Below are positions 40,901 through 52,667 of a stretch of 64,000 bases of DNA, piece after piece; within the stretch, counting starts at the first letter, position 1; every line of letters starts with the position of its first letter. The notes under the pieces are model-generated. The model saw only the letters and a program-made list of their open reading frames with translations, was not told where the DNA came from and did not search any database. The translations under genes and the position numbers were made by a program. The stretch is taken from NCBI RefSeq assembly GCF_964355755.1, contig NC_092679.1, positions 17,901,432 to 17,965,431 on the forward strand, given 5' to 3'. The DNA is from Antedon mediterranea (taxonomy: Eukaryota; Animalia; Echinodermata).

Positions 40901-43900
40901 TGAGTTTGAGCATCAGTTTTAGCTGAGCTTCAGTATGAATTTGATCCTCAGTTTGAGTTTGAGCCTTAGTTTGAGTTTAACCTTATAGTTGGAGCTGATC
41001 TTCAATATGAGTTTGAGCATCAGTTGGAGGTGAGCCTCAGTACGATTTTGAGCCTCACTTGGAGCTTAAACTCAGTTGGAGCTGAGCTTCAATGAGTTTG
41101 AGCATCAGGTGGAGCTGAACTTCAATATGAGTTTGAGCCTCAGTATGAGAATATTGTTTAGTGTGTCTGTCTTTTCACTTTTACTTTGTCTTTAAAATAA
41201 TTAGATTATTCACATAATTGTCATGTGATGAAGTTATAGCATCACATGACTATATGTTAATGAGAGGAAATCACATGACTTTTTCCCTTTTAATCATTTG
41301 ATCATAAGACTATTCATGTCTTCTTAATTCATCACTAACATTTTTCTATCAGTTCTCCAGAGAAACATACGAATTCCCGGAATTTCGTAAGCCTTTGACA
41401 TTGATGTTTCGCATCGTTCACATACATTTTATTTCCAGTTTGTGGCTTTATGAAATTTGCAGAGGATTAGAGTATGAGACTGTAAAACAGAGAACACTTC
41501 CAAAATCTATAGGATGCAGTAAGAATTTTACAGGCAACACAGCTCTGGACACCAAAGATAAGGTACAAAATGTTTAACCGTGACCTTGTTGAATACTAGT
41601 ACATTGAAGCTAGTTGTAGTTGTAAATGTATTACAGTTTTAATGTAGGCAGCACTCATGAGAAAACTCAGTCTGTAATTCATTAAAATGTATGATTTTTA
41701 CTCTTGTATGAATTAAAGGTTGTACACTGGATGAAAGAACTGGCTCAAGAGGTATCTGAACGGATTGAGAAAGACCAAGAAATGGTAACTTATCAAACAA
41801 TAGATTTAAAGATGTATTGTCCCCCAAAAACATGAACAATGAAAACTAATAAAATCAGGATTTGAATAAGTCATTTTGTAGTTTTAATAAATTTAATCAC
41901 TTCCGTAGAAAAACACAAAATAAATTCAACCAAAAACAAAGCCAATTTGACTATTTTTTAAGGGGACAATATATCTTTAAGCATTGTTTCGGTTAATAAA
42001 TTGCCTATGTAAAATTCATTCAACTTTGTGTTAACGTTCACTCTAAACCGTTTGTATTATGTTATTTCCAGATAATATTTATCTTTTTTCCATATACAAT
42101 TTTAATTTTTAATGTATACAATATTTTGTTACTGTTATCATTTGTGTAGGGCCCTAATCAGTTTTCTACACAGAAACTGGATAGGCCACCCATGGTAAAT
42201 ATGTTAATAAATAAGTTTTATTTTATTACATTTTAATATAGTTTAAAACTCCAATAATCCAAAATGGATACCCCATTCCTTAATAATGACGTTAAACTTT
42301 TTTTTATATTCTCCTTTTTCTTAGAACAATAGAGTTCCAAAACAGATGACAATTAGTTTAAAACTGGATACGAAACCAGCAAGTAATGTGACTAGATCAT
42401 GTGCTTTGAGTAAGACTGAGGCAGAAGATATGACACGCACAGCATACTCATTGATTCAAAGTCTGAACACAGCTGGCAACAACCAAGCCGCATGGTAATA
42501 ACATTAAACACTCATTTGAAAATATTCATGAATTCCAGAAAGTGGTTAAAGATACTACATAGTACAACTTTGCTAGAGATTTTATGTGAAGGCCAAAACA
42601 GCTGAAGGTTTTAATATTTAGAAATTATCTTACATTTTCAATTAAATAATGGTTTGATATATTAAACTTAAATTTTAGACCACCTGTGGTCCAGATAAAA
42701 CATTAATTAATAAATAAATAGCAGATGTGGCTACATACAGTACTTTCTTATAAAAGTAAAAATTGTCCATTTGCATAATAATTTAAAAAATATAATATTT
42801 TGGCACACATGGCATGCCATACCAAATCAAAATTCCTGCTGGTGATGCTCATAATGGAATACATTAACAAAATATTGTGTTAAACGTATATGTAAAAATA
42901 TTTATTTATTTATTTAACATTATCTACTATATAAGTTTTAAGCTCTGTCTACACAATCAAACAAAAAATATATAAATATATGAACACGATGATGTCATAT
43001 CACTACCATATATGGGAACATCACATGTTTTGTTTCAAACTAGTTTGATAGTGTAGACAGAGCTGAAGTTGTTACTCTTGGATATTTCTATTTTCAGGGT
43101 TCCACACGTCCTCTGTCTTGGTATTGCCACTTCAAAATTTACAGAGAATGTGTGCAGTGGGAACATGAGTATGAAGAATTTTCTAAGTAGTCCGTCAAAA
43201 ACAACAAACTTACACGCAACCTCACCGCATTTCAGTTCTCAGAAAAAGTGTTCAAAAAGTATTGAAACTTTTTTTTCATCGGTGAAGAATACTTCTGATG
43301 AAGATGCAAAATTGCCTATGACCAAATATGGAGATTCTGGCTTTTGTGCAAATGCTGATGAAAGTTTAATTCTTGAACCAAAAGAAGACTCAGAAATCAA
43401 CAAGCAGCAACTAAACAAGAAACTAACAAAAGGTATTCAACAATTTTTCACACCTAAATCCAGATTGTCTGATAAAGATTGTGAAGAAAACATTGATGTG
43501 ATGTCTACAAAACTGCAGGACAACTCATCAAGCAATATAAACAAAGTATCTATAAGTGGTGAAAGTTTGCATAAGGAAGCCAAAGAAATTGATGCAAAAT
43601 TGATAGATAACCAGTTAAATACAGAAAACATTGATTCTGTAAACAATGGATTATCATGTTCTAAGATATCATTATCATCTAATTCACCCTCGTCATCTAA
43701 ATCAGTAATTCTTAAATCATTGCCTTATTTGCCAACAAAATCAATATCATCTAAATCATCATTTCACTCACCACCACCGACATCCAAATCTTTGACAGCA
43801 TTCTTTTCACAGAACACTAAAAGAAAATCTGCAGGTTTTACTGATAAACATTCAACAGAACTTAATACTGATGAAATCTCCTCTGACAATTCTGATGAAA

Positions 43901-44163
43901 TCAAATGCAAGAAATGTTGTGCAATAGTTTCAGCGTGGGATTACCCAGAACACCTTGATTACCATTTTGCGATGGATTTACACAAAGAAATCCAAGATAA
44001 GATGACTACGCCACCAATATGTGATCAAGCATCGACGACACCGAGGAGCGCAGGCAATAAAAGTAAACGTACTGACCAATTAAGCGCGAGTGCTAAAAAG
44101 AAAAAGCCAAATGATAAATCATCTATTGCATCGTTTTTCAAGAAGTCGTGGAATTCTGAATAA
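37792..44163 (+). CDS. POLH: DNA polymerase eta (Y-family translesion polymerase), complete 10-exon gene, 774 aa
   Basis: Coding exons 37792-37916, 38496-38630, 38925-39178, 39554-39714, 40163-40266, 40688-40807, 41439-41562, 41719-41784, 42325-42494, 43098-44163. All introns are GT-AG with matching phases; total 2325 nt. Motifs: IDMDCFYVQVE, KPCAVVQY..WKGGGIIAVSYEAR, KYRDAG, ERASIDEAYIDLT, CSGGIAYNKMLAKL, IRNLGGKLG, LPKSIGCSKNF, UBZ finger CKKC...EHLDYH, basic NLS and terminal PIP-like SIASFF. Confidence 0.97.
38186..38257 (+). tRNA. trnD: tRNA-Asp(GTC), in POLH intron 1
   Basis: 72 nt cloverleaf: acceptor TCCTAGA/TCTGGGA, anticodon arm TCCGC-CTGTCAC-GCGGA, T arm CGGGG-TTCAATT-CCCCG, discriminator G, followed by an oligo-T Pol III terminator. 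Confidence 0.95.
38496..38630 (+). CDS. POLH: POLH coding exon 2
   Basis: tacag|G IIAVSYEARAAGVTRQMRGDEAKKKCPE...RGKANLD; donor gtgagg. Confidence 0.95.
38925..39178 (+). CDS. POLH: POLH coding exon 3
   Basis: YRDAGAEII...VERASIDEAYIDLT (catalytic SIDE motif). Confidence 0.95.
39233..39420 (+). mobile_element. SINE, Meta-domain-like, in POLH intron 3
   Basis: Shares ggataaggacta(t/a)aaccgtaggtccagtgtacac...ctttaaagaa with 29940-30191. Confidence 0.7.
39554..39714 (+). CDS. POLH: POLH coding exon 4
   Basis: GVIQWLE...IVEEIRAAIFEETSFRCSGGIAYNK. Confidence 0.93.
39946..40017 (+). tRNA. trnD: tRNA-Asp(GTC), second identical copy, in POLH intron 4
   Basis: Identical 72 nt to 38186-38257, with the same CCAGCCAAT leader and GCTATTTTT terminator. 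Confidence 0.95.
40163..40266 (+). CDS. POLH: POLH coding exon 5
   Basis: MLAKLSCGINKPNKQT...LPIRK. Confidence 0.93.
40283..40398. mobile_element. MITE family A, partial, POLH intron 5
   Basis: Internal repeats plus the right TIR. Confidence 0.8.
40688..40807 (+). CDS. POLH: POLH coding exon 6
   Basis: RNLGGKLG...MGDLCQY...KYGDKTG (HhH thumb). Confidence 0.93.
40868..41150. repeat. Degenerate short-period repeat in POLH intron 6
   Basis: Recurrent tgagtttgagcatcag / gagctgagcttca. Confidence 0.75.
41439..41562 (+). CDS. POLH: POLH coding exon 7
   Basis: LWLYEICRGLEYETVKQRTLPKSIGCSKNFTG. Confidence 0.93.
41719..41784 (+). CDS. POLH: POLH coding exon 8
   Basis: VVHWMKELAQEVSERIEKDQEM; phase 0 at both ends. 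Confidence 0.9.
42325..42494 (+). CDS. POLH: POLH coding exon 9
   Basis: NNRVPKQMTISL...TRSCAL...LNTAGNNQAAW (little finger/PAD). Confidence 0.9.
42941..43063. mobile_element. MITE family A, POLH intron 9
   Basis: Both TIRs; ends ~35 bp before the last acceptor. Confidence 0.82.
43098..44163 (+). CDS. POLH: POLH terminal coding exon (disordered tail, UBZ, NLS, PIP)
   Basis: ORF 43069-44163 entered at the ttttcag acceptor; LCLGIATSKF then a Ser-rich tail, CKKCCAIVSAWDYPEHLDYH, KKKKP, SIASFFKK. Confidence 0.93.
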
Positions 44164-45705
44164 TTAGATTAAACTTTACATTAAAAAAAGGTCAAAGCAT
44201 TTAATTTGTGTTTAAAATTGTGTAAATCAATCGTCTCAATCTACTAGTTTATTTAGTGCAGCCAGTATGTGTAAGCCAAGATGGTTAACTTTACTTTTAA
44301 GCTTCCATAATCCATCTAGTCACTCAAAATATGGTGATACAGCATGCTACAGTATACAAATAATGAATGTTTATGAGTGTAATGGTTCAAATAATGGCAT
44401 GAGGTGAATGATGAAAGGTTAAATATCAACGAGGCAAAGTAATATTAAACAATCGTTTAATAGTGCATACTATTGCATGCCATGTGACCCACAATCGTCC
44501 AATCAAATGACAGGAATTTATTTAGGTGTTATATAATAAATGTTATTCCATACATAACAAAGTGTTGAAATAGTCTAAATCGTTATCAGTAGCCTGGTGA
44601 ATAGACTTACCCCAAATCTCTAGATATTTTCACCTTAATTCTGTTGTTTATCGACACGGAGAATTAAGGTGCATAGTTGACTCTACATTAGCATCAACCA
44701 TTGACCGTGCCATTGAAAAACTTTACATTAGATGTCTCTCAAAATAAAATTAACTAATAAAATATTTTCATTGTTTACTTTTATTGTAATTCATTTACAT
44801 TCAGTTGGAATTTAGCGACTGACAAGTTGCAGTACAATTTGAGCAACTAGTATTACTTGGTTTTTTTAAGTCATTGAGTCCAAATAGGTAACACAAGCTT
44901 TGCTTAACACATAGGTGGAGATATTAAATGTATAACGGAACAACAAAAACATTTGGAAGACTTATCCACATAATAACTAATTAAAAATATAATTTAATAA
45001 AATGAATCTATTGAAAAAGAAAAGATTTTACAAATTACATTTTACAGTCCAAATTTTTAAAAATATTTTTTTTCTGGTCAAAGTTAAATAAATTACTTTT
45101 TTTTCTGTAGTCGTTTTAATACAAACAAATTTTTTCATCTTATGATAATCAAAATTGGTATTATTAATAAAATAATAAACACAAAATATTACCGTCATAT
45201 TATTGGTCAGTATGATAAATAGTCTATTTTTACAATATATATATACTTTATACATTTCGTTTCGTTTATTTATTTTTTCCACTCACTTATATAATATATA
45301 TATATATATCATTTACATTTACATAACATAACATATATTAAATGTGGGTGGATGGAAGTCACAGTAAGTTCACTGAACTTTAAGTCGTGACTCCCGTATG
45401 CCTAAGTATACTAACATTGCTACAGAGTAGACTAAAATATAAATATATAATAGTGAAAGTACATAAAATAAAGAAATAATAAAAAAAAAAATTTAAATTA
45501 TAGAAGTTAAGATAAGCCAGGCAATTATATAATATATGATAAAAGGGATAATGATAACAATTAGAGTACAATATGAAATATAATTAAATATGGTATAATA
45601 ACAAGTATAACGATACAATGTAGCGGAGATTATTGAATACCAGGGTGAAGGATTTAATGCCATGTATCACCACCAAATAAATAAGGATAAAAGATCGGCG
45701 AAAAT

Positions 45706-48700
45706 TTATGTAGCATATTCTGACACCATTTTGTGTTTGAAATTAGATTTAAAACTAGAAAAGGAAGATTTCTGTTTAAGTTCATTTGAGAGTGAAGTCC
45801 AAAGTTTGGGACCAAAATAATACATAGAAAATCGTCGAGCCTTAACATTTAAATTATCAAGGATATAATTGTTAACAGAGGATCGGGTTTTATAGGAATG
45901 GCGTTCGTCAATTCTTGTAAATAAAGCATTAAAATGTGAAGGCAGTAAATTGTTAGATAAACGGTACATAAATGAGGCAACTTGTAATTTATTTAAATCA
46001 TAAATGTTTAAAACGTTAAATCTTTTAAAAAGTAATTTTGTATGGGCTCTAAATGATTCTCCCGCGCAAATCCGAAGTGCACGTTTTTGTAGTTTAAAAA
46101 GGCGGTCAATTTGAGTTTTCTCTAGACTTGTCCAGGGGCATAACGTATTAAATTTATCTAGAGTAATTGCCCAACATAAATTGGCATAAGAAAGGTAAGG
46201 CAAAACTAAAGTATTGTAAAGGGTTAATAAGGTTTTTTGAGGGAAGATATGTTTTAATTTGTTCAATATTCCAACATTTCTAGAAACTAGATTACTGATT
46301 TTATTTATATGTAGTTTCCAAGTCAGAGAGGCATCTATGGTTACTCCTAAAAATTGGGTTTCATTAACTCGTTTGATCATTTTATTATCAATGTATATTT
46401 GTTCATTTAAAGAATTTGAAATTTTACGTTTAGAAAATATTATATAGTTCGTTTTGAATGTATTAAGAGTTAATTTATTGTGTTTGAGCCAATTTGAAAC
46501 TTTAAGTAACTCATCATTGACAATTTTAAACAAGGTATTTAATTTAGGATGAGAGAAAAAAATATTTGTGTCGTCAGCAAATAAGATAAAATTTAGTAAT
46601 TTAGAGCTGTTTGGTATATCGTTAACAAAAATCAGGAATAAGAGTGGTCCAAGAATCGATCCTTGGGGAACACCACAGGTTAAACGGGAATAGGAAGAGT
46701 TAAAATTATTTAAGGAAGTAAACTGAACACGATTGGAAAGGTAGCTTTTAATTAGTTTTAAAGGAAGGCCTCTGATACCGTAATTTGAAAGTTTATGAAT
46801 TAAAATATCGTGGTTAATAGTATCGAAGGCCTTAGATAAATCAAGGAAAATGCCAACAGAAAACTCATTTTTACTCAGGGCAATTGTAATTTTGTCAAAA
46901 ATATCTAATAAAGCAAGATCTGTTGAATACTTTTTCCTGAAACCATATTGGCCTTTAAATAAAATGTTATGTTTAGTTAAAAAGGAAGAAATTCGATTAT
47001 GCATTATTTTTTCAATTAATTTTGAGAAACAAGGAAGTAGGGAGATTGGTCTGTAGTTATTGAAATGATGAGGATCTTCTTTCTTGTAGATAGGGATGAC
47101 TTTAGCTATTTTAAAAGAATCAGGAAAAATACCGGTTTGAAAAGAAGTATTAAAAATGTGAGTTAAGGGTTTGTATATAAAATTAGAAACACGTTTAATA
47201 ATTTTATTGGAAAACCCATCAAACCCAGGAGATTTATTATCTTTGAGGGAAAGTATTATACTGACAACTTCATGTTCGGTTACAGGACTAAGAAAGAGAG
47301 AGTGCACACATGGACGAGGTAGGGTAGAAGTATAATTATCATTATCCGACACATGTATTTTGTTAACTAAATTTGGCCCTATACTAGTAAAATAATTATT
47401 GAATTCAGTTGCAATTTGTTGAGGATTATTTAATTCAATGTCATTGTTAATAAAGTGAGAAGGAAACGGTTTACGAGATTTCTTGCCAAGGACTCCATTT
47501 ATTGTTTGCCAGGTTTTTTGGATGTTATTTTTATGGAATTCAAATTTGTCACTGAAGTAATTCTTTTGGGCAGTACGAAGGATTTTGGTAAGTACATTTC
47601 GATATTTAACATATTTATCTTTGTCCTTTTGCTTTTTAGATATAAGAAATGTTTTATATAATTTGTGTTTTTTGTCGATAGATTTAATTAAGCATTTAGT
47701 TATCCAAGGTTTTTTTTCTTTCCGAATATTGCGTCTGGAACGAGTGGTTTTAATGTTGTTATTATATAATGTACTAAATATGTCGTTGAATAAAGCGTAT
47801 GCCTCATTGGGTTCATTGGAGTTATAAATACTAGTCCAGTCAACATTTGACAAATCATTACTTAAGGCAGAAATTGAAATATCATTGACTTTTTTTATGT
47901 ATATATATTTTGATTTAGGTTTCAGGTGTTGGAGAGGTTCTGATTTATGTACTAACAAGAAAACAGGAAAGTGATCCGAGATGTCCGAATATAGAATTCC
48001 GGAAGAAATGTTATCATATAGATTATTACAAAAAATATTGTCGATTAAAGTTGCAGAATTACGCGTAATTCTAGTTGGCCTAGTAATAAGAGGATAATAA
48101 TTTGATTGAAATAAAGTATTAACAAAATCAGAAGTACCTTTATGTGTTTTGGAATTTAACAAGTTAATATTAAAGTCTCCTGAAATATATGCTGTTTTTT
48201 TCTCATTATTAATGGTGTCAATTAAATTAGAGATATCTTTATTAAATGTGTTAATGGATAATTCAGGCAAACGATATACTACTCCAAGGATTATGTTTTT
48301 GGGTTGTGCATCGATTTCAATGAAAAGAGATTCCGAACCATTAGTAATGATAAATGATAAATCAGGGCGAAGAATATATTTAAATCTCTGGTGTAGGTAA
48401 ATGGCAACGCCTCCTCCTGGTCTATCAGCTCGTGAAACATGCAAGAGGTTATAATTGGGAATATTATAAAAGGAAAAAGGCGTATTATGATTAAAAAAAG
48501 TTTCGGTGAAGCATAGTGCTGAGAATTCATGGTTAATAGCACCTACGCATACATTGATATCGTTAAAATGTTTAACAAGACTGCGTGCGTTTAAGTGAAA
48601 GATACTAAATGAATAATCTTGGGTTGAATATTTGTTGTTAAGACTATCAATATATTCATAGGCACAAGATTCAATATTTTCGGAAAATAATTGGGCATCG

Positions 48701-48873
48701 TTGTCATTAATAACATCTTTAAAATTAATATCAAAAGGGTTAAAAATTAAAGAATTAAATCTATCAAAGTCAATTCTATCGTCACAAAAGTAATAGTGAA
48801 TGACATGCAAGAATTCATCATTATCAATAATGTGATTAAATGGGAATGCATCTATATTGTCAAAAGGGTCCAT
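45706..48873 (-). CDS. LINE ORF2: apurinic-like endonuclease plus reverse transcriptase, 1055 aa, uninterrupted
   Basis: APE: HLNARSL, FTETF, GGGVAIY, GDFNINL, TLIDNIF, SDHFPV. RT: KSPGFDG, YRPISLL, QYGFR, FLDLSKAFDT, GVPQGSILGPLLF, FADDT. Confidence 0.96.
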   Translation of the reverse strand: MDPFDNIDAFPFNHIIDNDEFLHVIHYYFCDDRIDFDRFNSLIFNPFDINFKDVINDNDAQLFSENIESCAYEYIDSLNNKYSTQDYSFSIFHLNARSLVKHFNDINVCVGAINHEFSALCFTETFFNHNTPFSFYNIPNYNLLHVSRADRPGGGVAIYLHQRFKYILRPDLSFIITNGSESLFIEIDAQPKNIILGVVYRLPELSINTFNKDISNLIDTINNEKKTAYISGDFNINLLNSKTHKGTSDFVNTLFQSNYYPLITRPTRITRNSATLIDNIFCNNLYDNISSGILYSDISDHFPVFLLVHKSEPLQHLKPKSKYIYIKKVNDISISALSNDLSNVDWTSIYNSNEPNEAYALFNDIFSTLYNNNIKTTRSRRNIRKEKKPWITKCLIKSIDKKHKLYKTFLISKKQKDKDKYVKYRNVLTKILRTAQKNYFSDKFEFHKNNIQKTWQTINGVLGKKSRKPFPSHFINNDIELNNPQQIATEFNNYFTSIGPNLVNKIHVSDNDNYTSTLPRPCVHSLFLSPVTEHEVVSIILSLKDNKSPGFDGFSNKIIKRVSNFIYKPLTHIFNTSFQTGIFPDSFKIAKVIPIYKKEDPHHFNNYRPISLLPCFSKLIEKIMHNRISSFLTKHNILFKGQYGFRKKYSTDLALLDIFDKITIALSKNEFSVGIFLDLSKAFDTINHDILIHKLSNYGIRGLPLKLIKSYLSNRVQFTSLNNFNSSYSRLTCGVPQGSILGPLLFLIFVNDIPNSSKLLNFILFADDTNIFFSHPKLNTLFKIVNDELLKVSNWLKHNKLTLNTFKTNYIIFSKRKISNSLNEQIYIDNKMIKRVNETQFLGVTIDASLTWKLHINKISNLVSRNVGILNKLKHIFPQKTLLTLYNTLVLPYLSYANLCWAITLDKFNTLCPWTSLEKTQIDRLFKLQKRALRICAGESFRAHTKLLFKRFNVLNIYDLNKLQVASFMYRLSNNLLPSHFNALFTRIDERHSYKTRSSVNNYILDNLNVKARRFSMYYFGPKLWTSLSNELKQKSSFSSFKSNFKHKMVSEYAT

Positions 48874-49238
48874 GAGAATATCTAACGATACATAATGTGA
48901 TCAGTTTATTCAATAGTATGTAATAAAAGATGCCTGGTAATGTTACGTAAAAACAGAAAAGTACAAGAACGTAAATATAAAGAAACAAGTTAAGAATTGG
49001 GGGGTAACAATAAAACAAAGGTGAATAAATGGTTTTAAGTGGTTTAAACATCTTATGACAATGCAATTATGTGAGAACAGACTCCTGAAAACGCTATTGT
49101 AAAATCAATCAAGAGGCTTATACAAATTAAGCAAAGAATTTGTAAAGAAGAAATGCTTCTTAGACAGTCCAAGTGTTTACAACAACATTCCGATCACTAG
49201 TATGGCAATGGAATTTCGAAAAGTTTACCGGAACTATT

Positions 49239-49931
49239 TCAATGGAATTTCGAAAAGTTTACCGGAATGCCAGTTGAATTTCGCCATTTTCCAGCCGTAA
49301 AACGAAGCTTGGTACCTTTATTGTACATCTCTTTTACTTGTGATCTCCATTTCTTTTTTTCCAGTAGATCGGCAGCAGTAAGATCATCTATGATATAAAA
49401 TTTCTGGCTATCTAGCGCAGAACTTCGTTGTTTCATAACTTCAATCTTAGAAGCGTATGAGAGAAAACGGGCAATGATATGCCTTGGCTTGCCGTTCATA
49501 CTTTTACCATCTCGGTGGGCCCGTTCGATTGTTGGCCTGGGATCGAGTGTGAAAAAATCAGAAAGAATGTTCTCAAAGATTAACTTACAGTTTTCTTTTG
49601 TGTTCTCTTCCACACCAACAATTCTTACGTTATTACGACGAGAAAAGCGTTCCGTCTTGTTAATTTTTGCCAACAGGTCAGTTGTACTACCTTGTAAATT
49701 AGCAACTGTTGTTGTCAGCTCTGTGACAGTCGTTTTTAATTCCTTGTTTTCATCTTCAAGGGCATCTATTCTAGCAGAATTAAACGATATTGCTTCGTAA
49801 AGCTCAGCTTTATTAGATTCTTGGCCTTTTAAAATCGATTCAAGTTTTTTTTTAACAAACGATTCAAACGATAGCTGGTCTTCGCTTTCGAATTCAGCGG
49901 GCTTGGTATTTGCTCGTGTAGATCGTGACAT
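49239..49931 (-). CDS. LINE ORF1 (coiled coil plus L1-type RRM, Transposase_22-like), 230 aa
   Basis: Heptad region RIDALEDENKELKTTVTEL, then SRRNNVRIVGVEE, IERAHR, PRHIIARF, YIIDDLT. Confidence 0.9.
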   Translation of the reverse strand: MSRSTRANTKPAEFESEDQLSFESFVKKKLESILKGQESNKAELYEAISFNSARIDALEDENKELKTTVTELTTTVANLQGSTTDLLAKINKTERFSRRNNVRIVGVEENTKENCKLIFENILSDFFTLDPRPTIERAHRDGKSMNGKPRHIIARFLSYASKIEVMKQRSSALDSQKFYIIDDLTAADLLEKKKWRSQVKEMYNKGTKLRFTAGKWRNSTGIPVNFSKFH

Positions 49932-50902
49932 GGCTTGTCGTGATTGGCCTAGAGAAGATTAGTATGCTAAGTAGTGCGTTTCAGGAGCTCGTTGTGTAAG
50001 CGTCTTACTCCGATCGAATCATGGTAACTAATAGTGGTAACATACATATCTTTTATTGTTTGAATTATAACTACAAACACCCCATTTAAAAATGTAAATG
50101 AAATTTGGTCTATACTAATTTGTAAGTGTTATTATTGGATATTTAAAGATTATGAATAAAAATGGTAATAAAAATAAATACAATTTTTATTTTTAAATGG
50201 TATTGTATTGTTTAATGAATTTGATTTCTGCAAATATGGACACAGTACGTAACACAGTTAACTGCCTTCACAAGGAACTTAAAATTTACAATCTGCTCAC
50301 TGCTGGTCAAACATGCTGTTATGCACATATTACCCAAACATGAGTGTATGCATTTGCATACAAGTATCTGCCCCATATGGTGTCACTAGTAACTTTTCCA
50401 TACGCGACTACATAGCTATTGAGTCTAACAGTCATTCTATGCATGCTTCCTGAACAGAAATCAAACAGTGTAGAATAACATTTTGAACTGACAGCTGCAT
50501 AGTCTAGTAATGTGTAATGAATACGAAAGGTTGCGATTGATTATATTGAAGATGAGTTATGTCCATTAAAAAAATTATTAAAGTTATTATGTGACACATA
50601 TTGTTTTAAAATGATATTATGTTAAAAAATATTTATGACAGAATATACAATTTAAATAAAGTCATCTTTTATATAAAAATTATTTTAAAAATGTTTGTAA
50701 CCTCTTTTAAAAAACAACAAATGAGGAAATGTAACAAAAATATACCCTGAAAATATGAAAGACCAACTCATGTCCTACAATGTAATCCTTAATAAAAAAT
50801 ATCAAACTTTATGTTTATGCCTGTATTATGCAGCACCATCGAACACATTTTAAACACATGGTTGGTGTCTTGACGGCAGTCCTAGCTGCAACATAGTATA
50901 AA

Positions 50903-51165
50903 GCTTTGTCTACACTATCAAACTAGTTTAACAAAAAAGTGTGATGTGCTCAAACTGGGCCATAGCCACCAGTACGGTTGGTAAGGTTCAATCACTTTTT
51001 CACAGAGGCCTTTGACAGCCGAGTGGCTTGCACAGATATATAGACCACTTTATTTCTCGTGGCTACATCCCTGCCAAATAAGGTATTGATATAACATCAT
51101 CGTGTCCATATATGGGCACATCACATTTTGTTTGTCACATAAAGTTAGATAGTGTAGACAGAGCT
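50903..51165. mobile_element. MITE family A with a nested ~120-bp TIR element
   Basis: TAA/TAA flanks; insert 50955-51073 bounded by gggccatagccac...gtggctacatccc. Confidence 0.8.
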
Positions 51166-51714
51166 TAAGCATATTACATCTTTATTAACTTCACCCTAAC
51201 CCTGATCCTACACTCATGCAACATGCACAACCATGCACTCTGCCTACTACTCTCTTTATATTAAAAAATCTTCTCTACGTCATGCCTCAGTCCAGCTGGG
51301 TCCACGTCTATGTACATACTAATTACAGATTGAAAAATGCGTCCATGTCACAATATTCAATGTTTGTTACTATTTTATAATAAATTATTTCTGTACATCA
51401 TCATCTGCAGCTAATAACGTCTTATCAAAATCAGCACACCTATTTGGCAGTCTTATTTCTGTATATATTAATGTATATATTATATTTACGTTTCCTATGT
51501 TTTTGCATATTTTTTTATACCTAAAAGGGTACACCTTAAATAAACGAACAAATTAAAAGATCACTTAACAATATTCTTGTTAACAACAATATTCCAATAG
51601 TAATAGTAAACACAAATTTAAAATATCTTTATTTGGAGAGACCTATCATAAAGAATGACCCCCAATTTAAAATTGGTATGTTTAATATAAAACCATTTGC
51701 AACCACATTGATAA

Positions 51715-51987
51715 CAGTGGTGACGCCAGCATCAGGAAGACCTCTCCCCTCCCCTTCCCCTTAATCGGTGAGTGACCATTTTTGATGGGGCGAAAAATAT
51801 GTTATTTTGTGATAAAAATAAAACAATAAAAAGTGACTAAAACTACACTTAAATGTCTAATGTCATCGGAGCTTCAAGGGGCTCACCAACCCCATGTTGT
51901 AGCTTCACACGGATGACCAACTGCCCCCCCCCCCCTCACTTCAGGGCTTTTGGCCCCTCCTTTGGGCAAATCCTGGCGCCACCACTG
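51715..51987. mobile_element. Small TIR element (cagtgg...ccactg)
   Basis: cagtggtgacgccag...ctggcgccaccactg; TSD not clear. Confidence 0.55.
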
Positions 51988-52542
51988 ATTTTGAGAATTG
52001 ATTTTATATTTTAATTATATGCATTGTAACCCTTCTTTCCTTTCCATTATTTCTATTATTAATATGAATGAAACAATTAAAATTGCATAAATCACCGTCT
52101 ACTAGGTCAGTTTAAAAACAGTTATATTTTACTTATTGTTATTGCAAAAAAAGTGGTGCTATTATCAATGTAGTTGCAAATGATATTTCATAATACAGTA
52201 AAACATTTGAAACTTAAAAAATATGATTTTGTATATAATTTATAAATATATCCTGAATATAAACAAAGAAAAAAATGACACAAAATACATTATTGGGGGT
52301 TTTTTTGGCATTAAAAGGAGCAGGATTTAAAAAAATATGAAACATTTAGATTGGCAAAATTTCAGTTACATTTGTGTACACTGTCTTTTTTTGTTTTGTA
52401 ATTATTTAAAATTGAAGTCTTTAATAAATGCTGTTTATTACAAGATGCTCTGTTGGTTGAGAACGAAGATGTTAGATGTCCATTGCCACTCATTCCATTG
52501 GCTCATATACTGGTGACTGCTGGAAGGGAGCCACTTGTCTTA

Positions 52543-52667
52543 AGCTCTGTCTACACTGACAAAAAAAGTGTGATGTGCCTCAATATGGTAGTGATATAAC
52601 ATCATAGTGTCCATATATGGGCATATCAAATTTGTTTGTCACATAAATTTGATGGTGTAGACAGAGC
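52543..52667. mobile_element. MITE family A
   Basis: Both TIRs. Confidence 0.82.

Larger units (their letters stand above)
45255..50020 (-). mobile_element. Full-length non-LTR retrotransposon (CR1 group, Crack-like)
   Basis: Short 5'UTR, ORF1, ~365 bp spacer, ORF2 (APE-RT), and a 3'UTR ending AAATAAATAAACGAAACGAAA on the minus strand; ends approximate; no clear TSD. Confidence 0.9.

Noticed and set aside
46259-49800. Short ORFs overlapping the LINE
   Set aside because: Antisense or alternative-frame shadows of LINE ORF1 and ORF2.
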